From: a virus
Virus record (IMG/VR): IMGVR_UViG_3300032116_000013
Location: 32,001 to 96,000 of that record
Direction: 5' to 3' (one strand)
DNA: 64,000 nt
How positions within the stretch are numbered: the first letter of the stretch is position 1; each line of letters opens with the position of its first letter. Shown one piece after another: positions 63,943 through 64,000 of the stretch. Below the pieces are notes generated by a model that saw only the letters and a program-made list of their open reading frames with translations, was not told where the DNA came from and did no database searches. The translations under genes and the position numbers were made by a program.

Positions 63943-64000
63943 ATGAAGAAGTTCCTAGACTTTATAACAGAATCAGCCTCTCAGCATCTGCACTTTTTCG
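63943..64000 (+). CDS. 3'-truncated late gene with capsid-targeting-like N-terminus
   Basis: MKKFLDFITE directly after TATAAATA at 63930. Confidence 0.6.
   Translation, partial: MKKFLDFITESASQHLHFF

Noticed and set aside
1-64000. Stop-codon reassignment
   Set aside because: Known genes (primase, thyX, RNR, PstS) are full length in the standard code and no suppressor tRNA is present.
1-64000. Diversity-generating retroelement or retron behind the paralogue array and ncRNAs
   Set aside because: No reverse transcriptase motif and no adenine-specific template/variable repeat pair in this window.

Overview
Fragment of a large T4-like (myovirus-type) bacteriophage genome, probably from an aquatic Gram-negative proteobacterial host (inferred from spanins, an outer-membrane porin, PstS, a PlcP-like and a bilin-reductase-like gene). 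All credible genes are on the + strand. Layout: 1-6.3 kb late head-associated genes with capsid-targeting-like N-termini and repeated E-rich protease-site motifs. 6.3-16.2 kb lysis and membrane genes around a six-gene secreted, pilus-like cluster. 16.2-20.1 kb gp61 primase, thyX and class II RNR. 20.1-28.4 kb glycosyl/methyltransferase island. 29.4-32.5 kb phosphate-scavenging module. 32.5-41.9 kb early small genes driven by a repeated promoter cassette. 42.0-47.8 kb array of 28 tRNAs (a 29th at 58.3 kb; all 20 amino acids covered) interleaved with a canonical hammerhead ribozyme and about ten unexplained structured RNA modules. 47.9-56.1 kb tail-fibre region with five tandem paralogues. 56-64 kb further early genes. 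Strongest leads: the hammerhead/tRNA/ncRNA array, the PlcP-PstS-porin module, the secreted pilus-like operon and the repeated promoter cassette. All family calls and RNA pairings were made by eye, with no database search or folding program.
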